Below, piece by piece: positions 28,302-37,662 of a DNA stretch of 64,000 bases. The translations under genes and the position numbers were made by a program. Under the pieces are notes generated by a model. It did no database searches, had not been told where the DNA came from, and was given only the letters and a program-made list of their open reading frames with translations. Origin of the DNA: an uncultured archaeon (GTDB taxonomy: Archaea > Thermoproteota > Nitrososphaeria > Nitrososphaerales > Gagatemarchaeaceae); the NCBI GenBank assembly GCA_963817525.1, contig CAWFOU010000007.1, forward strand, positions 928,001-992,000, written 5' to 3'. Each line of letters opens with the position of its first letter. The stretch's first letter is position 1.

Positions 28302-28388
28302 GCCGCCACCTGGACCCCGATACCGAAGATTGCTCTAGTGGCTTCAACGTCAAGGGAGATAACGGCGGCGGGGTGTCAATAATCCAGA

Positions 28389-28598
28389 ATGACGCCTCCA
28401 TTAGGCACGAATTTCCAACGCTCGGTCGTCGAGTCAGATCAAGTTCGGGAGATCAACTTCATGTCGCGGACATGCTGGGACTGCGGGGAAGCTATCTCGC
28501 TAGGGGCAGGAGACGTCCTCTTCGGGGACCGGTGGTATCACGGCCATTGCTGGGACAAGCTTAGGGGCGCGATATCTGAGACGTCGAAGACTAGCTGA
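28389..28598 (+). CDS. Half-LIM-type Zn-finger microprotein
   Basis: CWDCGEAI...RWYHGHCW (C-x2-C...H-x2-C); alternative start ATG 28461. Confidence 0.65.
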   Translation: MTPPLGTNFQRSVVESDQVREINFMSRTCWDCGEAISLGAGDVLFGDRWYHGHCWDKLRGAISETSKTS

Positions 28599-28862
28599 GC
28601 AAGAACGGGGCGCCAATCCTTCAGGCGCAACTCCTGTGGACCGAATTCTTTGTCATGACCGTTGTGCCCGACCATAGTAACACAACGTTGAACCTTATCC
28701 CGATAGTATGAAGCGGACGGCCAAGGCGCCGGCATTCGAGACCCCGGCCCAAATTGTCATCTCGAGGCGAGGCGGGTACCCCGGAAGCCAAAAACTTTGG
28801 CGGTTCCTGCGGAGGTCAGCCAGGATGGGAGGGCAAAAAAGTGGTCCCAGGCTCTAGGGCTT

Positions 28863-29285
28863 CTAGAGCGAGGGGACTGGGGCGACGACCGGCGCGGATT
28901 GGACGAGCTCGTCGATTCTCTTGAAGACTCCGTTCTCGACGTGCACAGTCCAGGACATCTCAGCCACGTCGACGGGGAGGAAGAGCGGGGATAGCAGCGT
29001 CGTCTCCACTATGGTGACGCCTGCGTTCTGGATCCACTTGCCTATCCCGATCCTGAGGTTGAAGTCGTTGGGCTGGCCCTGTATCGTGACGTTGAGGGCA
29101 CGCTCGGCCGATATGATGTCGCTGAGGAAGCCTCCCTTCTGGGCCTGGATGAGCCATCCTCCGCCCGACATCTTTGGTGCTTGCACCTTGAAGCCGTCTG
29201 ACTTTAGATACGAGACTATGCTGTCACTAAGTGCGTTCAGGTCGGTGTTCTTGCCTTGGTAATTTACGGTCTTGTCGCCTAACAT
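28863..29285 (-). CDS. Hypothetical protein (140 aa)
   Basis: Clean ATG ORF with coding-like codon usage; family not recognised. Confidence 0.7.
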   Translation of the reverse strand: MLGDKTVNYQGKNTDLNALSDSIVSYLKSDGFKVQAPKMSGGGWLIQAQKGGFLSDIISAERALNVTIQGQPNDFNLRIGIGKWIQNAGVTIVETTLLSPLFLPVDVAEMSWTVHVENGVFKRIDELVQSAPVVAPVPSL

Positions 29286-29564
29286 GTTGATTCACCCAAC
29301 ACATGAGACCCAATCTTCAAGTCTTTGAAGGATGATGACCCTCTAACAACGATACACGCGCGATCCCGACTAGGCGCACAGGGGAGTAGTCTTATCCAGC
29401 GTATCCCACAACGGTGGACGGAGCTTCAGGTGCCCAATATCGGGGAGAAAAATGAGCATACCAATCATTAAAATCCCCCTTTCTCCCCTGTTGAATCGGC
29501 GTCGCAGAAGAATTCGGCGGACATGCTTTCATATGGGATTCTCTCCTCATCGTTGAATCCCGAG

Positions 29565-29738
29565 ATGTGGCACGAGATACCAAGTACACGGTCGCAAGAC
29601 CCGGCGAAAGACAATCGCGCTTCGTGCTCCACCTGCGAAATAATCGGAAAGCTGACCGGGGGGTTTTGGGACCTCACGCCCCAGGTGGAGGCGATTTACA
29701 TCGAGCACCTGGTTCGCGAGCACGGAATCCAACCTTAA
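29565..29738 (+). CDS. Putative C2H2-like Zn-finger microprotein
   Basis: CSTC...HLVREH; start uncertain (29523 or 29565). Confidence 0.45.
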   Translation: MWHEIPSTRSQDPAKDNRASCSTCEIIGKLTGGFWDLTPQVEAIYIEHLVREHGIQP

Positions 29739-29765
29739 TATATCATCGCGAAGCCCGATGTCATC

Positions 29766-30266
29766 ATGTCGGAGAAGGGAGGAAAGGTCAACGCTCATTC
29801 AGGGAAGCTTTCCACCGCTGACAAGCAGATTCTGAAGCTCCTCCTCGAGCCTAACTCAGAAGTTTCGTCCCGCACCCTGGAACAGAAGCTTGGAATCCCT
29901 CGCAGCACTATCCAGCGCAGGCGAAAACACCTCGAAAAGGAGTACCTAGAGCACTCCTACTCCCTCAATCTGGAGAACCTAGGCTTCAGGCGCGTAGACC
30001 TCCTGATCTATACAGGCGGCGGGGCAACACAGGCCATCGCAAGGGAGCTGCTGAAGCTCGACGAAGTCGTCTACGTGGGCAGGTCGATCGGGGAGCACAC
30101 CATCGACCTGAGGGCGGAGGTGATCATCAAAGACAACTCAGAGCTACTCGGGATGCTCGAACTGGTAAAGGCAATGCCCAGCGTGAAAGACGTGATATGG
30201 AGCGAGATCGTCGACGTGATAGGTCGGAAAAGGTCGGTCCCCTCCTCAATCATCGACAGGCTCTGA
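29766..30266 (+). CDS. Lrp/AsnC-like regulator (copy 2)
   Basis: LGIPRSTIQRRRKHLE; GRSIGEHTIDLRAEVIIKDNSELL identical to copy 1; TTAATATA about 30 bp upstream. Confidence 0.87.
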   Translation: MSEKGGKVNAHSGKLSTADKQILKLLLEPNSEVSSRTLEQKLGIPRSTIQRRRKHLEKEYLEHSYSLNLENLGFRRVDLLIYTGGGATQAIARELLKLDEVVYVGRSIGEHTIDLRAEVIIKDNSELLGMLELVKAMPSVKDVIWSEIVDVIGRKRSVPSSIIDRL

Positions 30267-30648
30267 GGCCCTATCCGCACTGCTCCTAGCTCGAGCCCAG
30301 GACTGCCCCCCAGGCCACCCACGGGATACAGTTCGCATCAGCTCATCGAGGGAATCGGGTCATTTGTCCACTTTCAACGTCACATCTGCTCACATTCCAC
30401 CCTTTCTCTTACATTTTGAGAGCATGCCTTTAGTAGTGGCGAGAGCCATAAAACTACTATGAAGAACACAGGCGAAGGGATGCGCCATAACAACGGAGAC
30501 AACCAGATTGCCGAATTCATTCGGGAGAACGCGCTAGCGCGGGAGATAGACAACCATCCGGTCATCACCAGCAAGGGGGAACGTTTTCTGCAGGAGCTCG
30601 GCGAGACCGCCGCACGGCCGACCTCGGGCATACGGAGCGCGACCTAAG

Positions 30649-30927
30649 ATGAAATATCGGAGCAGATTGGCGATCGCCTCGACGATACTCCAGGTCGCTA
30701 GAGCGGGGAACGCTACGAAGACAAGGCTGATGTACGGCTCTTTCCTGTCCTTCGCCCAGATCAACGAGTACCTGAACTTCCTGCTGGCCAACACGCTGAT
30801 CACCAGGTCCGAAGAGACACACATCTACGGGCTCACGGAGAAAGGCATGCGTTTCTTGCGCATTTACGACGAAATGGCTGAGCTCATACCGGTCGAAGAG
30901 AAGGTTCCGATGGTCGTCGCAAAGTGA
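30649..30927 (+). CDS. Small winged-helix regulator (HTH_45-like), copy C
   Basis: MKYRSRLAIASTIL...ATKTRLMYGSFLSFAQINEYL...LTEKGMRFL. Confidence 0.87.
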   Translation: MKYRSRLAIASTILQVARAGNATKTRLMYGSFLSFAQINEYLNFLLANTLITRSEETHIYGLTEKGMRFLRIYDEMAELIPVEEKVPMVVAK

Positions 30928-30972
30928 GCTGATTCCCCAGCCGCAGCGTCCTTCGCCTTAGCGAGACGAAGG

Positions 30973-31176
30973 TCAGGCGGTCAGGTGGAGGGTCGGCTCT
31001 CTGGAATGCGCGCTTTTCAACTGTTCCAGTTCGATGACCTTGGCCAGGACGACGGCCAGGTTGTCAGCGCAGTCCCTGTGGAGCCGAAACCCCATTAGGT
31101 CAGCCCCATCGCTTTTTTGAACGCTCTTGTTGCAAAAGGAGCAGGAAACTCCCTCTTCTCCCCAAGTACGTTGCAT
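30973..31176 (-). CDS. Half-LIM-type Zn-finger microprotein (cassette copy 1)
   Basis: CSFCNK...MGFRLHRDCADN; paralogue at 33096; TTTAA about 30 bp upstream of ATG 31176. Confidence 0.78.
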   Translation of the reverse strand: MQRTWGEEGVSCSFCNKSVQKSDGADLMGFRLHRDCADNLAVVLAKVIELEQLKSAHSREPTLHLTA

Positions 31177-31313
31177 ATCAGTCCAATCGTCTCCACCTTC
31201 TTTGCTTAAAGGGCTTATGAATCTTGGATTCTTACGCAACACGGCCCTGGAACATTGCTTACTAGAAATGCGCAGTCCCTGCTAAAGGCAAGAGAGCGAA
31301 TCCCTGAGACAAC

Positions 31314-31538
31314 ATGTGGCCAAGAAGAATGCATGACAAACGGGCGGTCGCGGAAGCGCGCAACGTGCAAGGCTTGGGGTCGCAAACCCGCGGGATTGTC
31401 AGGAAATCGCCTGGATCAGGGCTTGCGACCTACATCTCGCTTGAGCTCGGAGCCGGGAAAACCTCGTTCCAACAGAGATTGCAGCTGGCCGAGAGTCAAG
31501 GAATGACGCTTCGGGAATTCGAGAACCTCCTTTCGTGA
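31314..31538 (+). CDS. Hypothetical small protein
   Basis: 74-aa ATG ORF filling an otherwise empty gap; no motif. Confidence 0.35.
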   Translation: MWPRRMHDKRAVAEARNVQGLGSQTRGIVRKSPGSGLATYISLELGAGKTSFQQRLQLAESQGMTLREFENLLS

Positions 31539-31591
31539 GGCCGGACGAACCATCCTTAGGGCTGGCGGCCTATTGCTACCCGCTGTCCTGG

Positions 31592-31846
31592 TCAAAGCGG
31601 GTGAGCCCAATCGACCCGTTTCCTCCTTCTTAGGACTCGATAGGGCAGCTTTCCTCTGTCAAGCTGATCCGCGTGGCGGAGACAGACCGTGATGAGTTTC
31701 TCTTCCCCTGTCAGGGTCGACGCCACGACGTATTCTTCGTTGGCGTGGACGTACGGCCTCCCTTCCACCTCGCACATGGTGCATAGGGCGTCCACACCGC
31801 CCTTTGTGGAGACTCTTTTTCGGCGCTCGTCTTCCACCAATGCCAC
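31592..31846 (-). CDS. Zn-finger microprotein (CxxC...CxxH)
   Basis: LCTMCE...VCLRHAD; TTATAAA TATA box upstream on the minus strand (about 31880-31886). Confidence 0.65.
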   Translation of the reverse strand: MALVEDERRKRVSTKGGVDALCTMCEVEGRPYVHANEEYVVASTLTGEEKLITVCLRHADQLDRGKLPYRVLRRRKRVDWAHPL

Positions 31847-32041
31847 TGAAGCCGCCGACCTGCAAATGGGGGTCTTTCATTTATAAGCTAATCTCAGGGA
31901 GCGATTCTCCTGGAGCCCGCCCTCCCGGTTGCGGGGGCCGGAATTGCAGGCCACAGGGCGGTCTTGCGCAACCATCCAGCGTAACAATCCTGCATCTAAG
32001 ACTTAGCACGGAACCTCGTTCGCTTTACGAGTAGAATAGGC

Positions 32042-32515
32042 GTGCCTTCGCAGAGCTTCTCCGACGTAGACAAGCAGATACTGAAAGTCTTGCTCGCGCC
32101 CAAAGGTAACGTCTCCTCCCGCGTGCTGGCTCAGCAGCTCGGTCTTCCTCGCAGCACAATCCACCGGAGGCGGAGCCGGCTGGAGAAGGATTGCCTCGAC
32201 CTCAATTACTCTCTCAATCTGCGAAATCTAGGCTACAGGCGGGTTGACCTCCTCATCTACACGGAGCGAGGGGCGACCCAGGCCATCGCAAACGAGCTCT
32301 TGCAGCGCGACGAAGTCGTCTACGTAGGCAGGTCGATCGGGGAGCACACCATCGACCTGAGGGCGGAGGTGATCGTCAAGGACAATTCAGAGCTTCTCGA
32401 GCTCCTCGAGCTGGCGAAGGCCATGGACGACGTGAAGGACGTCATCTGGAGCGAGATCGTCGACGTCATGGGAACCAAGAGGTCGATACCCTCGGCGATC
32501 ATCGACAGCCTCTGA
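32042..32515 (+). CDS. Lrp/AsnC-like regulator (copy 3)
   Basis: LGLPRSTIHRRRSRLE; GRSIGEHTIDLRAEVIVKDNSELL. Confidence 0.87.
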   Translation: MPSQSFSDVDKQILKVLLAPKGNVSSRVLAQQLGLPRSTIHRRRSRLEKDCLDLNYSLNLRNLGYRRVDLLIYTERGATQAIANELLQRDEVVYVGRSIGEHTIDLRAEVIVKDNSELLELLELAKAMDDVKDVIWSEIVDVMGTKRSIPSAIIDSL

Positions 32516-32752
32516 GGCCGATTGTTGCGATTTGCCGTGCGAATGTTGATGAGACAACGAATCATTTCCCAGAATAACTAGAGCATTTTTCTAACGTGAT
32601 TGGGTTTTTGCACGACTTTCACTGTGCACCAGAGCCTCTGCCCCATTTTCTCGTTGAATCTGACGGCACGGCTTTAGTAGTGAAGCATCGCATAAGATTG
32701 TCGTGACAGGAAGCTCGAGGCAAACGGGTCGGCCGGAGGGGACGAGCCCGCG

Positions 32753-33034
32753 ATGAAGTACCGGGGCAGATTCGAGATTGCTTCGAGCATCCTCAAGGTC
32801 GCCCTCGAGGGCAAGGCTTCCAAGAGAAAGCTGATGTACTCCTCGTTCCTCTCGTTCCCCCAGATAAACGAGTACATGGATTTCTTGCTGGCTAATGGGC
32901 TCGTCATGGCAGACAAGGACAACCACGTGTACTCTCTCACGGAGAAAGGTATGCGCTTCCTTCACGCCTATGAAGACCTGAGCGAGTTGATACCGCTCAA
33001 GGAACCGATTCCAGCCTCGCAAGTAGCGATGTAG
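32753..33034 (+). CDS. Small winged-helix regulator (HTH_45-like), copy D
   Basis: MKYRGRFEIASSIL...ASKRKLMYSSFLSFPQINEYM...LTEKGMRFL. Confidence 0.87.
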   Translation: MKYRGRFEIASSILKVALEGKASKRKLMYSSFLSFPQINEYMDFLLANGLVMADKDNHVYSLTEKGMRFLHAYEDLSELIPLKEPIPASQVAM

Positions 33035-33095
33035 ACTCGTAAAGCGCCTTTGTCGCTGCCGTCCGCGCCATCCTCTCGTGATTCCAGGTGAACGG

Positions 33096-33296
33096 CTACT
33101 TCGTCAGCTCGAAAGGTTGCTCTTGAGGGTGGGCTCTCTTCCACTGGTTGAACGCCTTGACCTTGCCCAATACGTTCGCCACATTGTCAGCGCACACAAG
33201 ATGAAGGCGAAAGCCCATGATGTCTATCCGATCCTTTCGGAGGATCTTGTTGCAAAATGAGCAGTCCACCCCGCCCTTCCCTGAAGAATGAACCAT
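33096..33296 (-). CDS. Half-LIM-type Zn-finger microprotein (cassette copy 2)
   Basis: CSFCNK...MGFRLHLVCADN, paralogous to 30973. Confidence 0.78.
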   Translation of the reverse strand: MVHSSGKGGVDCSFCNKILRKDRIDIMGFRLHLVCADNVANVLGKVKAFNQWKRAHPQEQPFELTK

Positions 33297-33591
33297 TATC
33301 GGTCATTCATGAGGAGTCGCTGCCGGTTAAAGGGCCTTGCGCATCTAAGTCCTGTAACGAAATCTCCTACTAAGGTTCCGTCATCATTCGAGAAGGCGCT
33401 TTCACGTTCGTGGCTCCCAGACTCGACGACTCTGTCTAGAGGCATCGACTAGTCGATGGCCCCAGAGTCATGATGCTCCCGCCCTAGGACTTCTCTAGCT
33501 GTGGAAGGCTCACATGTTCTCTAGCTCATCACATGCTAGACAACATCACTTACGCATATGCCGTTCCTGACCGTCGCTATTCCGACCGGAT

Positions 33592-35136
33592 TTGACAAAG
33601 ACAGAAAGGGGTATTCCGAAGAGAAGCATGATTGTGCTTGCTGTAACCGCCCTGCTCGTAGCAGGAATATTGGGGGCATACGGGACGCTGCAAAGCGCTT
33701 CCGCCGCGACGGCGCCAAGCCTCGGCGCTGCAGGATCTTTCGCGGTGCTTGCATATTCCGGGATCACTAACACCGGAACGACGACTATTACGGGTAATGT
33801 GGGATCATATCCTACTGTCTCTGAGACTGGATTCGGCACAGTGACGATCACTGGAACGAATTATCCTACCGGTGCACCATCATCGACGCAAACCGACCTC
33901 GCTGCGGCAATTACAGCAGCAGCGGGATACGCGCCCACCACAATACATACAGCTTTGGATGGCAAAACTCTGGTACCAGGCGTCTATACGGCTTCATCTA
34001 CGACTTTCACTCTGTCAGGAGGAGTTCTCACCTTGAACGGTGAAGGCGGTTCAACCGGGGTCTGGGTCTTCCAGGCACCAGACGCGATAGCGGGTGCGCT
34101 TTCTACCACGGAAGGTAGCAGCGTTGTCCTCGAGAACGGTGCAGATTCCTGCAACGTCTTCTGGGTGACAAGCGCAGGCGGAGCTACCATCGGCACGTCG
34201 AATACCTTCGTAGGGACGATACTGGCCTACTCGAGCGTCACACTCGGAACGAGCACTTCGCTCCAGGGAGCGGCCTTGGCAAACACCGGCGACGTGACGT
34301 TGGCAGGCAATACCATCTCAAACACTTGTATCACCTCGACGATAAGCTCTAGCTCATCCACGACGACATCCGCCTCTTCCACGAAGACGTCCACCTCAAC
34401 CACGACAATCTCCACTGGCACGACGACAGCCACCTCAACCACGACAATCTCCACCTCTTCCACGAAGACGTCCACCTCTGCCACGACGATCTCCACCTCA
34501 TCCACAGCAACCTCCACCTATTCCACGACAACCTCCACTAGCACGACGTCAAACAATTGTGTAAACCCTGCATCGCCAGTCACTCTGACGGTCAAGTCTG
34601 AGACGGCCAACGGCACTCCCCTCTATGGCTACTATGTGCTCTACAACTGCGTAGGCATCACGACTCAATCGACCGGCTTCACGACCGCGACCTTCGCTGT
34701 CGTACCGGGCATGAGCCACATTATCCTGGTCCTCGGCTACGGCTGCTACGCCTTCTCCCACTGGGCCGACACGGGCTCAGCGTCCCCGTACAGGACATTC
34801 TCGATAACGACCGCCACCACGTACACGGCGGTGTACGCGGACACATGCACGTCAACACCTTCGACTTCCTCGACCATCAATGTCAGCGCGGTCGACACCT
34901 CTGACCATGCGGTGACGGGCCTCTACACGACGCTGTGGCAGGGCGGGGTACTGCTCCAGACCTGCTTCGGTCCGTGCACCTTCACGGTCAGCAACGGACA
35001 GTCGTACCAAGTGCTCGTGGCGGACTATGGCAGCTACGTCTTCAGTCACTGGACTGACGGCACCACCACCCAGTCCCATACGGTGACCATCGGTGGCACA
35101 AGCACGACTATCAGCTTGACGGCAGTCTTCTCCTAG
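33592..35136 (+). CDS. Secreted DUF3494 (ice-binding-like) protein with Ser/Thr linker and two C-terminal repeats
   Basis: LGAAGSFAVLA.SGITNTG.TTITGNVG, TLVPGVY, VWVFQ, CNVFW, FVGTILA, LQGAALA are DUF3494 hallmarks. Confidence 0.88.
   Translation: MTKTERGIPKRSMIVLAVTALLVAGILGAYGTLQSASAATAPSLGAAGSFAVLAYSGITNTGTTTITGNVGSYPTVSETGFGTVTITGTNYPTGAPSSTQTDLAAAITAAAGYAPTTIHTALDGKTLVPGVYTASSTTFTLSGGVLTLNGEGGSTGVWVFQAPDAIAGALSTTEGSSVVLENGADSCNVFWVTSAGGATIGTSNTFVGTILAYSSVTLGTSTSLQGAALANTGDVTLAGNTISNTCITSTISSSSSTTTSASSTKTSTSTTTISTGTTTATSTTTISTSSTKTSTSATTISTSSTATSTYSTTTSTSTTSNNCVNPASPVTLTVKSETANGTPLYGYYVLYNCVGITTQSTGFTTATFAVVPGMSHIILVLGYGCYAFSHWADTGSASPYRTFSITTATTYTAVYADTCTSTPSTSSTINVSAVDTSDHAVTGLYTTLWQGGVLLQTCFGPCTFTVSNGQSYQVLVADYGSYVFSHWTDGTTTQSHTVTIGGTSTTISLTAVFS
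34360..34550. repeat. Imperfect coding repeats (TCCACGAAGACGTCCACCTC / ACCACGACAATCTCCAC) encoding the Thr/Ser stalk
   Basis: Visible directly. Confidence 0.7.
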
Positions 35137-35160
35137 TCGAATGGCGCAGTGGGCGGAGCA

Positions 35161-36024
35161 TCAGCTTCGCCCGCGCCCTGACTTTCGGCTGCCACCGCTC
35201 CTAGTCTTGTGGCCACGCTTGGTTGCGGGGCGACGTCGAGCCACAGCGTCAGTGCGGTCTCCAGGGGGGCCGTTCAGGGCATCCACGATTCCCCGGAGCT
35301 CCGAAAGGTCACTAATGACAAAGTCAGGCTTCGCCTCCGGCCCGGACGCCCCAGCGTAGGTCGCCCACCCCTCCGGCTGCTCGCCGTCGTCGATGAGCAC
35401 GGCGCCCAGTCCGGCCTTCCGGGCGCCCACGATGTCGTGCCTAGGCGAATCCCCGACGAATATCGCGTGCTCCTTCTCGACCCTCAGCGCCCTCAGCGAC
35501 CTCTCGAAGATCACCGAGTTCGGCTTCCTCACGCCCTCCCTCTCGGAGGCGAGGACGACCTCGAAGTGGGAGTGGATTCCCGACTCCTCCAGGTGGGCCA
35601 CGAGGGACTCGTAGCTGTGATGGTTGGAGACCACTCCCATCCTCAGGCCGGCGGCCTTGAGCTCGCCCAGGGCGCGGTGGGCGCTCTCCCTGAGCGGATA
35701 GTTCCTCGTCACCGCGAACCAGAACGCGTCGTTCGCCTCCGTCGCCAGCCTCGCCCTCCCGGTGTCAGGGAGTGCGGGGAACAGGGCGTCCACTATGTCT
35801 CGAAACTTGACCCTGTCAGCGATGTCCCTGTCCTCCTCGGCCTCGATCTTGGAGTACTTCTGAAAGGTCAAGTCCCCAAGCTCGACGAACTCGTCGAGGG
35901 TCGCCTTCAGCCCGCCCCTCTTCAGCAGGAGGTATGCCGAGGCCAGGCCCTTGGCCCTGACCTCTGACCAGGACTTGTTGGCCTTGAACAGCGTCCCCCC
36001 GTAGTCGAATAGGACGACCTCTAT
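35161..36024 (-). CDS. HAD-superfamily hydrolase (subfamily IA)
   Basis: Motif I (IEVVLFDYGGTL) lies in frame upstream of the track start 35871; VVSN, RKP, FVGDSPRHDI; no canonical start upstream of motif I. Confidence 0.85.
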   Translation of the reverse strand: MEVVLFDYGGTLFKANKSWSEVRAKGLASAYLLLKRGGLKATLDEFVELGDLTFQKYSKIEAEEDRDIADRVKFRDIVDALFPALPDTGRARLATEANDAFWFAVTRNYPLRESAHRALGELKAAGLRMGVVSNHHSYESLVAHLEESGIHSHFEVVLASEREGVRKPNSVIFERSLRALRVEKEHAIFVGDSPRHDIVGARKAGLGAVLIDDGEQPEGWATYAGASGPEAKPDFVISDLSELRGIVDALNGPPGDRTDAVARRRPATKRGHKTRSGGSRKSGRGRS

Positions 36025-36239
36025 CTCCCGTCTCTCCCCTTGCGCGGAGGGAGGGCCGCGGCGTCCTGCATGACCAGGCGGCTTTGAGTGCCCTATCGTG
36101 CCTACACCTTCCCTTACTCTCCGGTCTTCCCCGGCTTATAATTCTGACACGCCGCTCACAGGCCGACGGCCGTCGAACGCTAGGGAGGATGAGCGTTGGT
36201 TCACCCCGCCAAAAAACAAGTTGACTCGACCGATTTATT

Positions 36240-36983
36240 ATGCGTCCCCTCGCAGCGCTGCGCGTGCCTACTCCGGCCCACATCCTCGCCAGGCCCGGAG
36301 ACATCGCCGACGTGGCCGTCATATCGGGCGACCCTGCGAGGATAGAGCAGCTCTCCAAGATGCTCCGGGACCCGAAGCTGGTCAACACCAACAGGGGCTT
36401 CACGACCTACACGGGCTACTACGACGACAAGAGGATCACGCTCTCCACCCACGGGATAGGCGGGCCCTCGACTGCGATCGTCGTCGAGGAGCTGCACATG
36501 CTGGGCGCCAAGGCCATCGTCAGGTTCGGGACCGCCGGAGGCCTGGTGAGCGGCCTGGGGATCGGCGACTTTGTGGTCCCGACCGGCGCGGCGTATCCCC
36601 AGGGCTCGCTCATGGAATACTTCGAGGACGGCTCCCTCCCTGCCGTCCCGGACTTTGGACTGGCCCAGGCGCTGATAGAGTCGTGCAACAGGGCGGGCCT
36701 GAAGCACCGCGAGGGGCTGGTCTACTCCAGCGACGCGTTCTACTCGCAGGACTTTGTGTCGCTCGAGCCGTGGGTCAGCAGGGGGGTCATCGCGGTCGAG
36801 ATGGAGTGCGCCACGCTCTTCACGCTGGGCCTGCTCAGGAGCTTCAAGACGGCCGCCCTGCTGATGCTCAGCAACAGCCTCGTCAACAAGTCGGAGGCTG
36901 ACCTCGCGCAGGCCGAGAAGCTCAGGCCTTTCGCCGCCAAGGGGGCCGCCGCGATATTCGAGGCGGTCACCCGCCTCCCCTAG
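36240..36983 (+). CDS. Nucleoside phosphorylase (PNP_UDP_1, hexameric purine/MTA type)
   Basis: GDPARI, THGIGGPSTAIVVEEL, RFGTAG, SSDAFY, AVEMECA; start may be slightly downstream. Confidence 0.92.
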   Translation: MRPLAALRVPTPAHILARPGDIADVAVISGDPARIEQLSKMLRDPKLVNTNRGFTTYTGYYDDKRITLSTHGIGGPSTAIVVEELHMLGAKAIVRFGTAGGLVSGLGIGDFVVPTGAAYPQGSLMEYFEDGSLPAVPDFGLAQALIESCNRAGLKHREGLVYSSDAFYSQDFVSLEPWVSRGVIAVEMECATLFTLGLLRSFKTAALLMLSNSLVNKSEADLAQAEKLRPFAAKGAAAIFEAVTRLP

Positions 36984-36998
36984 GACGGCGCCCGAGCC

Positions 36999-37634
36999 TC
37001 AACCCTTGGCCTCGAGGTCCTTCATTACCTCTGCATACCCGACCACCCTCCCAGACGCGTCCTTGACCTCGGAGAGGTCCGTCCTGTATCGGGTCCTGTA
37101 GCAGTCTCCCGACTTTACGATCTGGAAGGTCTCGTAGGCCGCGTTGACCCGGCGCTTGTACTCGTCCTTCACGTCGGTGAGGACGCCGACAACCCCGTCC
37201 GCAGGCCAGCCCTCGCCCTCCGTCGCGTGGACGTCCATCGCTGACCTCTCGAGGGCCCCCACCGTCTGGGCGTAGACCCAGTACCTGAACTCCTCCTTCC
37301 ATACCCCCTTCTGCGCCATCTTCTCCGGGACAAGCTGGATGAGCTGCGTGAGCGCGTAGTTCAGCCGCCCGAGCCACGCGCCCCTCTCTCGGGACGCCCC
37401 GCCTTCGCCGAATATCTCGACCGCGAGGCTCCTCGTGCGGCCCGGAGCCCCCGCCTTCCTCCCCCTCTCTAGCTGGAGGACGGCCTTCGAGATGGCCACG
37501 AACGCCTCCCTGTAGTGCACCGAGACCTCGGTGTCCTTGTTCTCCTCCCGGCCGAGGGCTCGGCTTACCTCCTCAGCGAGGGCCTCCACCTTGTCGTCGA
37601 TCGCGGGCCTCTCGTCCGCAGAAATGTAGGGCAT
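36999..37634 (-). CDS. DUF6899-like helical protein
   Basis: MPYI...R, GRLNYALTQL, VKDEYKRRVNAAYE...GD pattern. Confidence 0.55.
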   Translation of the reverse strand: MPYISADERPAIDDKVEALAEEVSRALGREENKDTEVSVHYREAFVAISKAVLQLERGRKAGAPGRTRSLAVEIFGEGGASRERGAWLGRLNYALTQLIQLVPEKMAQKGVWKEEFRYWVYAQTVGALERSAMDVHATEGEGWPADGVVGVLTDVKDEYKRRVNAAYETFQIVKSGDCYRTRYRTDLSEVKDASGRVVGYAEVMKDLEAKG

Positions 37635-37662
37635 GCCAGAGGCTATGCCGCCTGATTATTTA

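Noticed and set aside
30459-30647. 62-aa ORF upstream of wHTH copy C
   Set aside because: It has no counterpart in the duplicated cassette and no motif; it may be real but is unsupported.
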